DNA from: an uncultured Candidatus Rokubacteria bacterium
GTDB lineage: Bacteria; Methylomirabilota; Methylomirabilia; Rokubacteriales; CSP1-6
Length of the DNA stretch: 64,000 bases
Direction: 5' to 3'
Assembly: GCA_963758635.1 (NCBI GenBank)
Contig: CAVWWD010000003.1
Span: forward strand, 96,001-160,000
Part shown: one piece after another, positions 1 through 10,416 of the stretch
Layout of the letters: the number at the start of each line of letters is the position of its first letter
Position numbering within the stretch: the first letter of the stretch is position 1
Position numbers and translations under genes: made by a program
Notes under the pieces: model-generated
What the model was told of the DNA's origin: nothing
The model's input: only the letters and a program-made list of their open reading frames with translations
Database searches by the model: none

Positions 1-1003
<1,003 letters not shown>

Positions 1004-1152
1004 GGGTCCTCCCGCGAGTCGGTCCGGGCGATCAGGGTCGCCGGGTCCTCCGGTTCGTTCGTGCCAGCGCGATCATATCGACTACGATGGACCGGGGCCA
1101 GCGCGGCGGGCGCGGAGCGGCTCACGCGTTGCTCCCACGGGAGGTCGCTGGC

Positions 1153-3145
1153 GTGACCCATGATCGTCGCGGTGCGGTGGCGGAGGGCCGTCTGACGCGC
1201 GCAGCCGTCGCGCTGCTCGTCGCCTTGGCGTGCCTGGCGTGCAACGCCGAGCTTCGCGTCTTCGGCCCGGGCGGCGAGGTGGCGCGCTTCGGGGGCTCCT
1301 CCGACCCGCCGCCGCCCGCGGGCAGCGAGGCGCCTCCGCCCCCCGAGCCCGCGCCGGGCGCAGAAGCGCGCGAGACCGACGCCGATCCCGCGCAGCCGCC
1401 GCGCGAGGCCCCGCCGGCGCCCGCGATGACCGCGCGCGCGGACGCGGGCGCGCAGCCGGGCTGGACGGCGACAGGCCCGCCGGCGGCGGAACCCGCCGAG
1501 GTGAAGGCCGAGCCCGCCACCTTCCACTCGCTGGCCGTGCGCTGGCCGATCCGCGGCGACTCCAACGCGAATGCCGCGATCCGCGTCCAGTACCGGCAGA
1601 CGGGCGAGCCGCGGTGGCGCGAGGCCTGGCCGCTCTTCCGCACGCACCCCACGCGCGTGTCGCCCGACAACCGCGTGCCCGACGGCTGGCTCTTCGCCGG
1701 CAGCATCGTGGACCTGGTCCCGGACACCGAGTACGAGGTGCGCCTCACCCTCGCCGACCCCGACGGCGGCAACACGGAACGACAACTCGTCATGCGCACG
1801 CGCGGGGAGCCTCGCGCGCCCGCCGACATGCGGGTGCGTCACGTGACCTCGGGCGAGCCGGCAGGCGGCGGCACCGGCGCCGCGGCCGATCCGTTCCGCG
1901 GCCTCGCCGCGGCCCAGGCCGCCGCCCAGCCCGGCGACCTGTTCCTGCTGCACGCGGGCACCTACGCGGGCGGCTTCACGATCGACCGCCGCGGCGCGCC
2001 CGGGCGGCCCATCGTGTACCGCGCGGCCGGCGACGGCCCGGTGGTCCTCGACGGGGGCGGGGCCGAGCGCCTGGTCAACGCCCAGGGGGCGCAGCACGTG
2101 TGGCTCGAGGGGCTGACGCTCCGGAACGCGCGCTACCTGGTCCTGGCGCACCGCGCCGCGCACCTCGTGATCCGGCGATCGACGTTCGAGGTGGTCCGCC
2201 AGGGCATCAGCGCGATCAACGGCGGCTACGACGAGTCGCAGGGCTTCGTCTTCACCGACAACGTGTTCCGCGGGCCCAGCACCTGGCCGCGCTCGTCGGG
2301 CATCGAGGACGTGAACGCCGTGAACGATCTCGGGGGCGGGCCACGTCGTCGCCTACAACTTCTTCACCGGCCTCGCCGACGGCATCCACGGCACGAGCCA
2401 CGGCCGGCTCTCCGCCACGGACTATCACAACAACGACTTCAACGTTTGCACGGACGACGCCATCGAGGCCGACTACGGGGACACCAACGTGCGCGTGTTC
2501 CGGAACCGGATCACGAACTGCTTCGTGGGGGTGAGCTCGCAGCCGACTCACGGGGGTCCCCTCTACGTCTTCCGGAACTCGATCTACAACGTCCAGTACT
2601 CGCCCTTCAAGCTGCACAACGACACCGCGGGTGTGCTCCTCTTCCACAACACGTCGATGAGCGCGGGCATCCCGTTCCACATCCAGCCCGGAGGGGAGAC
2701 GGTGAGCGACGTGATCTCACGGAACAACCTCTACATCGGGATGACGGGACCGGCGCTCCGCTCCACCGGCGAGATGATCCGCTGCGACTTCGACAACGAC
2801 GGCTACGCGTGGGGCGGGGGCTCGTTCGCCCTCTGGAACCGCCAGACGTACCTGACCGCGCGCATGGCCAGCCGGTCCGGCGACATCTACCGGGTGCACG
2901 GGATGACGACCGTCAGCGTGCGCTCCGGCTGGTTCACCGGCGTCGAGCCTCCACGGGACGTCCGCCATCGCTATCCCGCGCAGGTGCACGACCTGCGGAT
3001 CACCTTCCGGTCCGCGGCGAGCGACCGTGGCATCGTCCTCGCGAACTTCAGCGACGGCTTCGTCGGGCGCGCGCCCGACCTGGGCTGCTGCGAGCTCGGC
3101 GAGCCGCTCCCCGTGTACGGCCCCCGGCCGCTGCCCGCCCGATGA
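1153..3145 (+). CDS. Putative lipoprotein with Pro-rich linker, FN3-like domain and right-handed beta-helix (pectin-lyase-like); +1 frameshift near 2323
   Basis: GGGAGG then GTG 1153; hydrophobic stretch ending LACLAC; PGDLFLLHAGTY/PIVYRAAG motifs; continues in the next frame (ISGAGHVVAYNFF...DDAIEAD...PDLGCCE) to the stop at 3145. Confidence 0.7.
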
Positions 3146-3675
3146 GCGCGCGCGGTCTCGCCGGCCTCCTCCTCGTCGCTGTCCTCGCCGCGGGGTGCGC
3201 GACCACGCCCGGGGTCGAGGCGCCGTACGTCCAGACGCCGGCCAGCGTCGTCACCGCCATGCTGCGGCTGGCCGCGGTGGGGCCGGCCGACGTCGTCTAC
3301 GACCTGGGATCGGGCGACGGTCGCGTGGTCATCGCGGCGGCGCGCGACTTCGGGGCGCGCGGCGTCGGGGTGGAGCTCGAGCCTCGCCTGGTGGCGGAGA
3401 GCCGCGGGATCGCCGCGCGCGCCGGCGTGGCCGATCGCGCGCAGTTCGTCCAGCAGGACATCTTCGTGACCGACGTGAGCCCGGCGACGGTGGTGACGCT
3501 CTACCTGGGCGCCGACCTGAACGCCCGCCTCCGCCCGCGCCTCCTCGCCCAGCTCAAGCCCGGCTCGCGCATCGTGTCGCACGACTTCCCGATCGCGGGG
3601 TGGGAGCCGTTGCGCACGATCACGGTCCAGGGCCCCGACCGCAGCCACACCCTCTACCTCTGGACGGTGCCGTAG
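3142..3675 (+). CDS. Class I SAM-dependent methyltransferase with lipoprotein-like signal
   Basis: ATGA overlap; LAAGC lipobox; PYVQTP...VVYDLGSGDGR...GVELEP...RIVSHDF motifs. Confidence 0.85.
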   Translation: MSARGLAGLLLVAVLAAGCATTPGVEAPYVQTPASVVTAMLRLAAVGPADVVYDLGSGDGRVVIAAARDFGARGVGVELEPRLVAESRGIAARAGVADRAQFVQQDIFVTDVSPATVVTLYLGADLNARLRPRLLAQLKPGSRIVSHDFPIAGWEPLRTITVQGPDRSHTLYLWTVP

Positions 3676-3695
3676 TCCGGGGACGGCGGGCCGCG

Positions 3696-4193
3696 CTACG
3701 CGCTGGTGGTGCGGGGGTCGGGCTCGGCGAGGATGCGGCGGCTCTGAGCCTCGCGGTACTTCCGGAGTGCGTCGCGATACTGCGGATGCTTGCCGGCGAG
3801 GATGGCGGTGGCGAAGAGCGCGGCGTTCACCGCCCCCGCGCGCCCGATGGCGAGCGTGCCCACCGGGATGCCCGCGGGCATCTGGACCGTGGAGAGCAGC
3901 GAGTCCATGCCCTTGAGGGCCTGCGACTCCATCGGGACGCCGAGCACCGGAAGCAGCGTCTTCGCCGCGGTCACGCCGGCGAGGTGCGCGGCGCCGCCGG
4001 CGGCGGCGATGATCACCTCGAGACCGCGCGCCTCCGCGGACGACGCGTACTCCAGCAACTCGTCCGGCGTCCGGTGCGCGGAGAGGATCCGCACCTCGCA
4101 CGGTACGGCGAGGGCCTGGAGCGTCTCCGCCGCGTGCGCCATCGTCTCCCAGTCCGACTTCGAGCCCATGATCACGCCGACGAGTGGCTTCAT
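3696..4193 (-). CDS. purE: N5-CAIR mutase
   Basis: [39 protein letters not shown] motifs. Confidence 0.97.
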   Translation of the reverse strand: MKPLVGVIMGSKSDWETMAHAAETLQALAVPCEVRILSAHRTPDELLEYASSAEARGLEVIIAAAGGAAHLAGVTAAKTLLPVLGVPMESQALKGMDSLLSTVQMPAGIPVGTLAIGRAGAVNAALFATAILAGKHPQYRDALRKYREAQSRRILAEPDPRTTSA

Positions 4194-4201
4194 GGCCCGC
4201 G

Positions 4202-4311
4202 ATTGTAGCAGGCGCGGGGACGGGTGGAGCGGCGCGCGGTGTACAATCCGCGTCGAGCGGGTGAAAGCCGGTTCGTGTACCGGGTTCGTGGTCCGACCAG
4301 TGTGGTATACT
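4202..4311. promoter_or_regulatory. Divergent purE/nuoA promoter region
   Basis: Minus-strand TGCTACAAT (4210-4202) lies 8 nt before the purE ATG (near-leaderless); plus-strand TACAAT (4242-4247) and TGGTATACT (4303-4311). Confidence 0.5.
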
Positions 4312-4343
4312 CCCGCGGGTTTTGACATTTCAGGAGGCGGTCA

Positions 4344-4703
4344 GTGACCGGGTATCTCCCCGTCGTCATCTACCTCGTGCTCATCGTCGGGTTCGCCGTC
4401 GTCTCGCTGGGGATGGCGCGGGTGCTGCGTCCGTCCCGGCCGTTCGCCTCGGCGGCGAAGCTCGACAACTACGAGTGCGGGGCCGAGCCGATCGGGGACG
4501 CCTGGGTGCAGTTCCCCGTCGGCTTCTACCTGGTCGCGCTGATCTTCATCGTGTTCGACGCCCTCGCCGTGTTCCTGTTCCCGTGGGCCCTCCTGCTCCG
4601 GGACCTCGGCATGTGGGCGGTGGGGACGATGACGGTGTTCATCGGCATCCTCTCGCTGGGCTGGGTCTACGCGTATCGCGAGGGCATCCTGGAATGGAAG
4701 TGA
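4344..4703 (+). CDS. nuoA: NADH-quinone oxidoreductase subunit A (cluster 1)
   Basis: YECGAEP loop, [18 protein letters not shown] end. Confidence 0.95.
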   Translation: MTGYLPVVIYLVLIVGFAVVSLGMARVLRPSRPFASAAKLDNYECGAEPIGDAWVQFPVGFYLVALIFIVFDALAVFLFPWALLLRDLGMWAVGTMTVFIGILSLGWVYAYREGILEWK

Positions 4704-5332
4704 AGCCGCCGATCCCGCAGATCCCGCCCGCCGTATGGACCGAGTTCAAGGACCTCCAGGAGTGGGAGAAGCTCCGCCAGGAGCGCCCCACCGACGACAA
4801 GCACTCGGCGCTCTTCGAGTCGCTCACGGAGGGAGTCCACCACTTCCCGGGCGGCTTCCTCGTGACGACGGTGGCCGACTCGTTCCTGAACTGGGCGCGG
4901 AAGTCCTCGGTGTGGCCGGTCACCTTCGGGCTGGCCTGCTGCGCGATCGAGATGATGGCGACCTTCGCCTCGCGGTTCGACGTGGAGCGCCTCGGGATGG
5001 TGCCGTGGGCGTCGCCGCGGCACTCCGACCTCATGATCGTGTCCGGCACCGTCACCATCAAGATGGCGCCGATGCTCAAGCGCATCTACGACCAGATGCC
5101 GGATCCGAAGTGGGCCGTCTCCATGGGCTCGTGCGCCAACTCCGGCGGACCGTTCCGCCACGGCTACCACGTCGTGAAGGGCGTGGACCGCCTCATCCCC
5201 GTGGACGTGTACGTGCCCGGCTGCCCGCCGCCCCCCGAGTCGCTCCTGTTCGGCCTCCTCAAGCTGCAGGACCAGATCCAGCACTTCCGGAAGACCGGCG
5301 AGCGGGCCGCGCCCACCCCGAAGGTCGACTGA
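4694..5332 (+). CDS. nuoB: NADH-quinone oxidoreductase subunit B (cluster 1)
   Basis: [35 protein letters not shown]. Confidence 0.95.
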   Translation: MEVKPPIPQIPPAVWTEFKDLQEWEKLRQERPTDDKHSALFESLTEGVHHFPGGFLVTTVADSFLNWARKSSVWPVTFGLACCAIEMMATFASRFDVERLGMVPWASPRHSDLMIVSGTVTIKMAPMLKRIYDQMPDPKWAVSMGSCANSGGPFRHGYHVVKGVDRLIPVDVYVPGCPPPPESLLFGLLKLQDQIQHFRKTGERAAPTPKVD

Positions 5333-5395
5333 GGACGTGGGGCGTCGCGCGGGGATGCGAGACCGGGTGAGCCATGCGCAGGGGAGAGCCGCGCG

Positions 5396-5848
5396 ATGAC
5401 GGCGGCCGAGGCCCCGTCCCTCCTCGAGGGACGCTTCGGCGTGGCCCCGACGGGCGAGGGGCGCGCGCTCGCCATCACCGTGCCGCCCCCGCGCTGGGCG
5501 GAGCTGGGAGAGTTCGCCCGGCGAACGCTCGGTTGCGCCTACCTGAGCTTCCTGTCCGCGGTGGACTGGAAGGAGCAGGGCCTCGAGGTGATCGCCCGCG
5601 TGGAAAATCTCGAGGCGAATTTCGCCCTGACCATGAAGACGCGGCTGCCCGCGGGGGAGAGCGCGTGCGCCTCGCTCGTGCCCGCCTACCGCGGCGCGAA
5701 CTGGATGGAGCGGGAGTGCTACGACATGTTCGGGATCCGCTTCGAGGGCCATCCCGACCTCCGGCGCATCCTGCTCCCCGCGGACTGGGAGGGGCATCCC
5801 CTCCTCAAGTCCTACGCCGTCGACACGCCGCACCCCCCGTACCGATGA
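5396..5848 (+). CDS. nuoC: NADH-quinone oxidoreductase subunit C (cluster 1)
   Basis: ANWMERECYDMFGIRFEGHPDLRRILLP..GHPLLK. Confidence 0.93.
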   Translation: MTAAEAPSLLEGRFGVAPTGEGRALAITVPPPRWAELGEFARRTLGCAYLSFLSAVDWKEQGLEVIARVENLEANFALTMKTRLPAGESACASLVPAYRGANWMERECYDMFGIRFEGHPDLRRILLPADWEGHPLLKSYAVDTPHPPYR

Positions 5849-5858
5849 GCCGGACGCC

Positions 5859-6497
5859 GTGATCCACGAGCTGCGGACGTACACGCTGGTCCCCGAGAAG
5901 GTGCCGGAGTTCCTGCGCCTCACGCGGGAGCTGGGCTACCCGCTCCGGACGAGCCATTCCCGCTGCCTCGGCTACTGGACGACCGAGCTCGGCGAGCTGA
6001 ACCAGGCCGTGCACCTGTGGGAGTACGACGACTACGCGCATCGCACGCGGGTGCGCGCGGCGCTCGCCGCGGATGCCGCGTGGCAGGAGACGTTCCTGCC
6101 CCGCATCCGGCCGTGCCTGCTCCACCAGGAGTCGAGCCTGCTGATCCCGTCCGACGTGGCGCCGGTCACGCCGGGCGCCGGCCACGGCCTCTACGAGCTG
6201 CGCTGGTACAAGCTCTTGCCGGGCAAGGTGGGCGAGTGGCTCGCCAACTTCCGCTCCGGCCTGCAGACCCGCGCCCGCTACGGCAACACGCCGGTCGGCG
6301 TGTGGTCCGCCGAGCTCGGCCCCCTCAACGTCATCTACCATCTCTGGGGCTACGCGGACCTCCAGGCGCGCGCGGACGTCCGGCGGAAGTTCGGCGAGGA
6401 TCCGGCGTGGGCGCAGGTGGTGCAGAAGAACCTGCCCCTCATGCTCGAGATGAACTCGAAGATCCTCGTCCCCACCGATTTCTCCCCGATGAGGTAG
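5859..6497 (+). CDS. NIPSNAP family protein (two tandem domains)
   Basis: IHELRTY...GYWTTELGELNQAVHLWEY and LYELRWY...GVWSAELGPLNVIYHLWGY...PTDFSPMR. Confidence 0.88.
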   Translation: MIHELRTYTLVPEKVPEFLRLTRELGYPLRTSHSRCLGYWTTELGELNQAVHLWEYDDYAHRTRVRAALAADAAWQETFLPRIRPCLLHQESSLLIPSDVAPVTPGAGHGLYELRWYKLLPGKVGEWLANFRSGLQTRARYGNTPVGVWSAELGPLNVIYHLWGYADLQARADVRRKFGEDPAWAQVVQKNLPLMLEMNSKILVPTDFSPMR

Positions 6498-6600
6498 TGA
6501 AGGAATGCGGATGTCGGTTTCAGCAAGCGGGCGAACATCGTGATTCTGCGAACACGCGGCGTGACGTTCTCGTCATTCATTCACGATCTCGATGAGGTAG
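6487..6600 (+). repeat. Family A intergenic element (about 92 bp) between 11-bp direct repeats CGATGAGGTAG
   Basis: Exact 11-mer at 6487-6497 and 6590-6600; the reverse complement of the interior aligns with the 99-bp units at 19638-19829. Confidence 0.8.
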
Positions 6601-6604
6601 CCCC

Positions 6605-7768
6605 ATGGCCGACCCCGAAGCGCGACACGTCCTCGAGATGGGCTACGGCGGCAGCGAGCGCCTCACGATGAACATGGGGCCGCAGCACCCGTCCGCGCAC
6701 GGCGTGTTCCGCGCCATCCTCACGCTCGAGGGCGAGACGGTGGTGGCGGTGGACGCGGTGATCGGCTACCTGCACCGCTGCCACGAGAAGCTCGCCGAGA
6801 CGCTCACGTACACGCAGTACCCGTCGATCGCCTCGAAGACCGACTACGTGGCGGCGATGACGAGCGAGCTCGCCTACGTGCGCGCCGCCGAGCAGATCGG
6901 GAAGATCGAGGTCCCGAAGCGCGCCCAGTACCTGCGCGTGCTCGTGGGCGAGCTGCAGCGCATCGCCTCCCACTGCCTGTGGCTCGGCACGTGGTGCCTG
7001 GACATGGGCGGGGCCCTCGGCGGCGGCGCCACCGTGTTCCTCTACTGCATCCGCGAGCGCGAGACCGTGCTCGACCTGTTCGAGTCGCTGGTGGGCGCGC
7101 GCCTCCTGTACGGCTTCCACCAGGTCGGGGGCACGCGCTACGACCTGCCCGCGGGCTGGACCGAGACGTGCCGCTCGGCCGTCGACCTGATCGAGCGGCG
7201 CATCGTCGAGTGGGAGGACATGCTGGAGGGCAACGCGTTCTTCCAGGCGCGGACCCAGGGCGTGGGCGTGATCTCGCGCGAGCTCGCGCAGGAGGTGGGC
7301 ATCTCGGGGCCCCTCATCCGGGGCTCGGGCGTGGCCTACGACATCCGGCGCGCCGAGCCCTACTCCTCCTACGAGGACTTCGACTTCAAGGTGCCGGTGG
7401 AGACGGCGGGCGACTGCTACGCGCGGTACCGCGTCCGGATGGTGGAGTTCAGGGAGTCGATCAAGATCGTCCGCCAGGTGCTGGACGGGCTGCCCGAGGG
7501 CCCGATCTCGTCGCGCCCCGGCGTCAAGTCCGTGGGCCAGGTGCGCGTGCCCAAGGGCGAAGGGTACGCCCGCGTGGAAGGCGCCCGCGGCGAGGTGGGC
7601 TGCTACCTGGTCGCCGACGGCAGCGCCAAGCCCTACCGCATGAAGTGGCGCGGCGCCTCCTTCTCGAACCTCGCCGTGCTCCCCCACATCATCCCCGGCC
7701 ACAAGGTCGCCGACGTCGTCGCCATCATGGGCTCCGTCGACCCCGTGTTCGGGGAAGTGGATAGGTAG
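6605..7768 (+). CDS. nuoD: NADH-quinone oxidoreductase subunit D (cluster 1)
   Basis: NMGPQHPSAHGVFR, IGYLHR, ELQRIASH, DPVFGEVDR. Confidence 0.95.
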   Translation: MADPEARHVLEMGYGGSERLTMNMGPQHPSAHGVFRAILTLEGETVVAVDAVIGYLHRCHEKLAETLTYTQYPSIASKTDYVAAMTSELAYVRAAEQIGKIEVPKRAQYLRVLVGELQRIASHCLWLGTWCLDMGGALGGGATVFLYCIRERETVLDLFESLVGARLLYGFHQVGGTRYDLPAGWTETCRSAVDLIERRIVEWEDMLEGNAFFQARTQGVGVISRELAQEVGISGPLIRGSGVAYDIRRAEPYSSYEDFDFKVPVETAGDCYARYRVRMVEFRESIKIVRQVLDGLPEGPISSRPGVKSVGQVRVPKGEGYARVEGARGEVGCYLVADGSAKPYRMKWRGASFSNLAVLPHIIPGHKVADVVAIMGSVDPVFGEVDR

Positions 7769-7948
7769 TGCGAAGCGAGCCAGAGGCGAGCGGAGCGCAC
7801 ATGGAAATGCAGTGGAAACGACCGCAGCCCGACGAGTGCCAGCGCGTCGAGGTCGCGCACATGGGAATGCCTTGGAAACGACCGCAGCCCCTGCGAGTGC
7901 CGGCGCGATGAGCGGAGCGCACGTGGAGATGCCACTGGAGCCAACCGC
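7765..7948 (+). repeat. Family B element, about three tandem 60-bp units
   Basis: GCGCACATGG(A/G)AATGC..TGGAAACGACCGCAGCCC..CGAGTGCC repeated; related copies at 35004 and 42545. Confidence 0.8.
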
Positions 7949-7957
7949 CAACCAGAA

Positions 7958-8064
7958 CCCTCTCCCCTCTGGGGAGAGGGCAGGGTGAGGGGCCATTGCG
8001 CGTCCACCCGCGGCGGGCCGTGCCGCCGACCCTCACCCCGACCCTCTCCCTGGAAGGGAGAGGG
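7958..8064. repeat. Inverted pair of CCCTCTCCC/GGGAGAGGG palindromic repeats (BoxC-like)
   Basis: CCCTCTCCCCTCTGGGGAGAGGGCAGGGTGAGGGG (7958-7992) and CCCTCACCCCGACCCTCTCCCTGGAAGGGAGAGGG (8030-8064). Confidence 0.8.
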
Positions 8065-8069
8065 AGAGC

Positions 8070-9059
8070 GTGATGCCCGAGCCGCTCTACTTCGGCATCG
8101 TCGCCTTCGTCGTCCTCAACGCGGTGATCGGCATGGTCACCTACGTCACGCTCCTCGAGCGCAAGTTCGCGGCGCGGATGCAGTCGCGCATCGGGCCGTA
8201 CCGCGTGGGGCCGCACGGCCTGCTCCAGCCCATCGCCGACGCGCTCAAGCTGATGATGAAGGAGGACGTGATCCCCCGGCAGGCCGACCGCGCCGTCTAC
8301 AACCTGGCGCCGATCGTGTTCCTGGTCCCGTGCATGCTGATCTTCGCCACCATGCCGTTCGCCCCCGGCCTCGGGGTGGCCGACCTCAACATCGGCATCC
8401 TGTTCTTCCTCGCCGTGTCGGCCATGGAGATCGTGGGCCTGTTCATGGGGGGCTGGGGATCGAACAACAAGTACGCGCTCCTGAGCGCGATGCGCGCGGT
8501 GAACCAGATCATCTCCTACGACCTGCCGTTCATCTTCGCCGCGCTCGTGCCCGTGGTCCTCGCGGGCTCGCTCCGCCTGTCCGACATCGCGGCGGCCCAG
8601 GCGGGCTGGGTCGGCGCGTTCATCTTCTACCCGGTGATCGGCCAGCTCGCCTTCGTCGCCTACATCGTGGCCACGCTCGCCGCCGAGAACCGCGTGCCCT
8701 TCGACATCCTCGAGGCGGAGTCGGAGCTGGTGGCGGGGTTCCGCGTCGAGTACTCCGGCATGAAGTTCGCGCTCATCCAGCTCGGCGAGTACGCGCACAT
8801 GATCGGCACCTCGTTCCTCGGCGCCCTCCTCTTCCTGGGCGCGTGGTCGGGGCCGGGGCCGGACTGGCTGGGCCCGGTGTGGTTTCTCCTCAAGGCCATG
8901 TTCGTCTTCCTGCTCGTGACGTGGATCCGCTGGAGCTTCGTGCGCATCCGCGTGGACCAGATCCTCGCCATCTCGTGGAAGCTGCTGCTGCCCGCGACGC
9001 TCCTGCTCCTGATGGCCACCGCGGTGGTGGTGGCGTGGAGGGCCGGCGGTGGCGCGTGA
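8070..9059 (+). CDS. nuoH: NADH-quinone oxidoreductase subunit H (cluster 1)
   Basis: ERKFAARMQSRIGP, GLLQPIADALK, RVPFDILEAESELVAGF..EYSG. Confidence 0.95.
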   Translation: MMPEPLYFGIVAFVVLNAVIGMVTYVTLLERKFAARMQSRIGPYRVGPHGLLQPIADALKLMMKEDVIPRQADRAVYNLAPIVFLVPCMLIFATMPFAPGLGVADLNIGILFFLAVSAMEIVGLFMGGWGSNNKYALLSAMRAVNQIISYDLPFIFAALVPVVLAGSLRLSDIAAAQAGWVGAFIFYPVIGQLAFVAYIVATLAAENRVPFDILEAESELVAGFRVEYSGMKFALIQLGEYAHMIGTSFLGALLFLGAWSGPGPDWLGPVWFLLKAMFVFLLVTWIRWSFVRIRVDQILAISWKLLLPATLLLLMATAVVVAWRAGGGA

Positions 9060-9610
9060 CGGGTTCTTCGGCGAGCTCGTGGACCTCTGCCGCGCGGTGG
9101 GCAAGGCGATGGGCGTCACCTTCGTCAACTTCCTGCGCAAGCCCGTCACCGTGCACTACCCGGACGTGAAGCGCGACTATCCCGACCGCTTCCGGGGCGT
9201 CCTCGCCTTGACCTACGACAAGGAGACGGGCGAGGAGAACTGCATCGGCTGCCGGCTCTGCGAGTACATCTGCCCGCCGCAGGTCATCAAGGTGGAGATG
9301 CTCAAGGCGGAGAAGCGGAACTGGGCCAAGACGTTCACGCTCGAGCTGTACGCCTGCGAGTTCTGCGAGCTGTGCGTGCAGGTGTGCCCGACCGACGCCA
9401 TCATCATGATGAAGTCGTTCGACCTCGCGACCAGCGACCGGCGCGAGCTGCTTGCTCGACAAGGACCGTCTCCACGCCATCGGCCTCCAGTTCGCGCCCT
9501 CCTGGGCCACCGGCAACGGGCTCCGCGACATGCAGGCGCCGCCCAGGCCCGCGAAGGCCGAGGGCGCCCCCGGCAAGGCCGCGGAGACCCCGGCGGGAGG
9601 CGCCGCGTGA
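9049..9610 (+). CDS. nuoI: NADH-quinone oxidoreductase subunit I (cluster 1); +1 frameshift near 9452
   Basis: CIGCRLCEYICP and CEFCELCVQVCP 2x[4Fe-4S] motifs; C-terminus LDKDRLHAIG... in the next frame. Confidence 0.9.
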
Positions 9611-10101
9611 GCCTCGAGCCGATAGCGTTCTGGGCCCTGGCCGTGGTGCTCGTGGCCTCGGCCCTCGCGGTGGTCCTCACCAAGAACCTCTTCCATTCCG
9701 TCCTGTACCTGGCCCTGGCCCTCACCGGCACCGCGGGGATCTTCCTCACCCTCGACGCCGAGTTCCTCGCCGCCGTCCAGCTCCTGCTCTACGCGGGCGG
9801 CCTCATCACGATCGCGGTGTTCGCCATCGTGGTCACGGAGCGGCTCGTCGGGACCCGTCTCTCGCAGACGAGCCGCCACCTGTTCAACGGGGCCATCGTG
9901 GCCGGCGCGGTCCTCGTCGCGCTCCTCTCGTTCATCGGGCGGGCCGTCCTGCCCGACGCGCGGCCGCCGATGGACGGCGACCTCACGCGCGCCATCGGCG
10001 AGGCCGTCCTCACGCGCTTCGTGCTGCCGTTCGAGATCCTCGGGGTGCTGTTCCTCGCCGCGCTGCTCGGCGCGACCTACTTCGCGCGCCCGGACGACTG
10101 A
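9607..10101 (+). CDS. nuoJ: NADH-quinone oxidoreductase subunit J (cluster 1)
   Basis: AEFLAAVQLLLYAGG, FVLPFE. Confidence 0.92.
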   Translation: MSLEPIAFWALAVVLVASALAVVLTKNLFHSVLYLALALTGTAGIFLTLDAEFLAAVQLLLYAGGLITIAVFAIVVTERLVGTRLSQTSRHLFNGAIVAGAVLVALLSFIGRAVLPDARPPMDGDLTRAIGEAVLTRFVLPFEILGVLFLAALLGATYFARPDD

Positions 10102-10106
10102 TCCCC

Positions 10107-10406
10107 ATGGGGCTCCAGGCCTACCTGTCGCTCGCCGCGGTGCTGTTCGCCATCGGGCTCTTCGGCGTGATCACGCGGCGGAACACGATCGGCATCCTCC
10201 TCGGCATCGAGCTGATGCTGAACGCGGTGAACATCAACCTGGTGGCCTGGTCGCGCTGGAACGGCGACCCCGCGGGGATGGTGTTCACGGTGTTCGCCAT
10301 CTGCATCACGGTGGCCGAGGTCGCGGTGGGGCTGGCTCTCGTGATCCTCATCTTCCGGGTCCGGCGCACCGCCATCGCCGACCACCTCGACCTCCTCAGG
10401 GGATGA
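10107..10406 (+). CDS. nuoK: NADH-quinone oxidoreductase subunit K (cluster 1)
   Basis: [23 protein letters not shown]. Confidence 0.95.
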   Translation: MGLQAYLSLAAVLFAIGLFGVITRRNTIGILLGIELMLNAVNINLVAWSRWNGDPAGMVFTVFAICITVAEVAVGLALVILIFRVRRTAIADHLDLLRG

Positions 10407-10416
10407 CCCGCCGCCC

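Noticed and set aside
7765..7948. Tandem units with GGAAAC (also the arrays at 19638 and 36530) as CRISPR arrays
   Set aside because: No unique spacers between identical repeats, only 2-3 degenerate units, and no cas genes in the window
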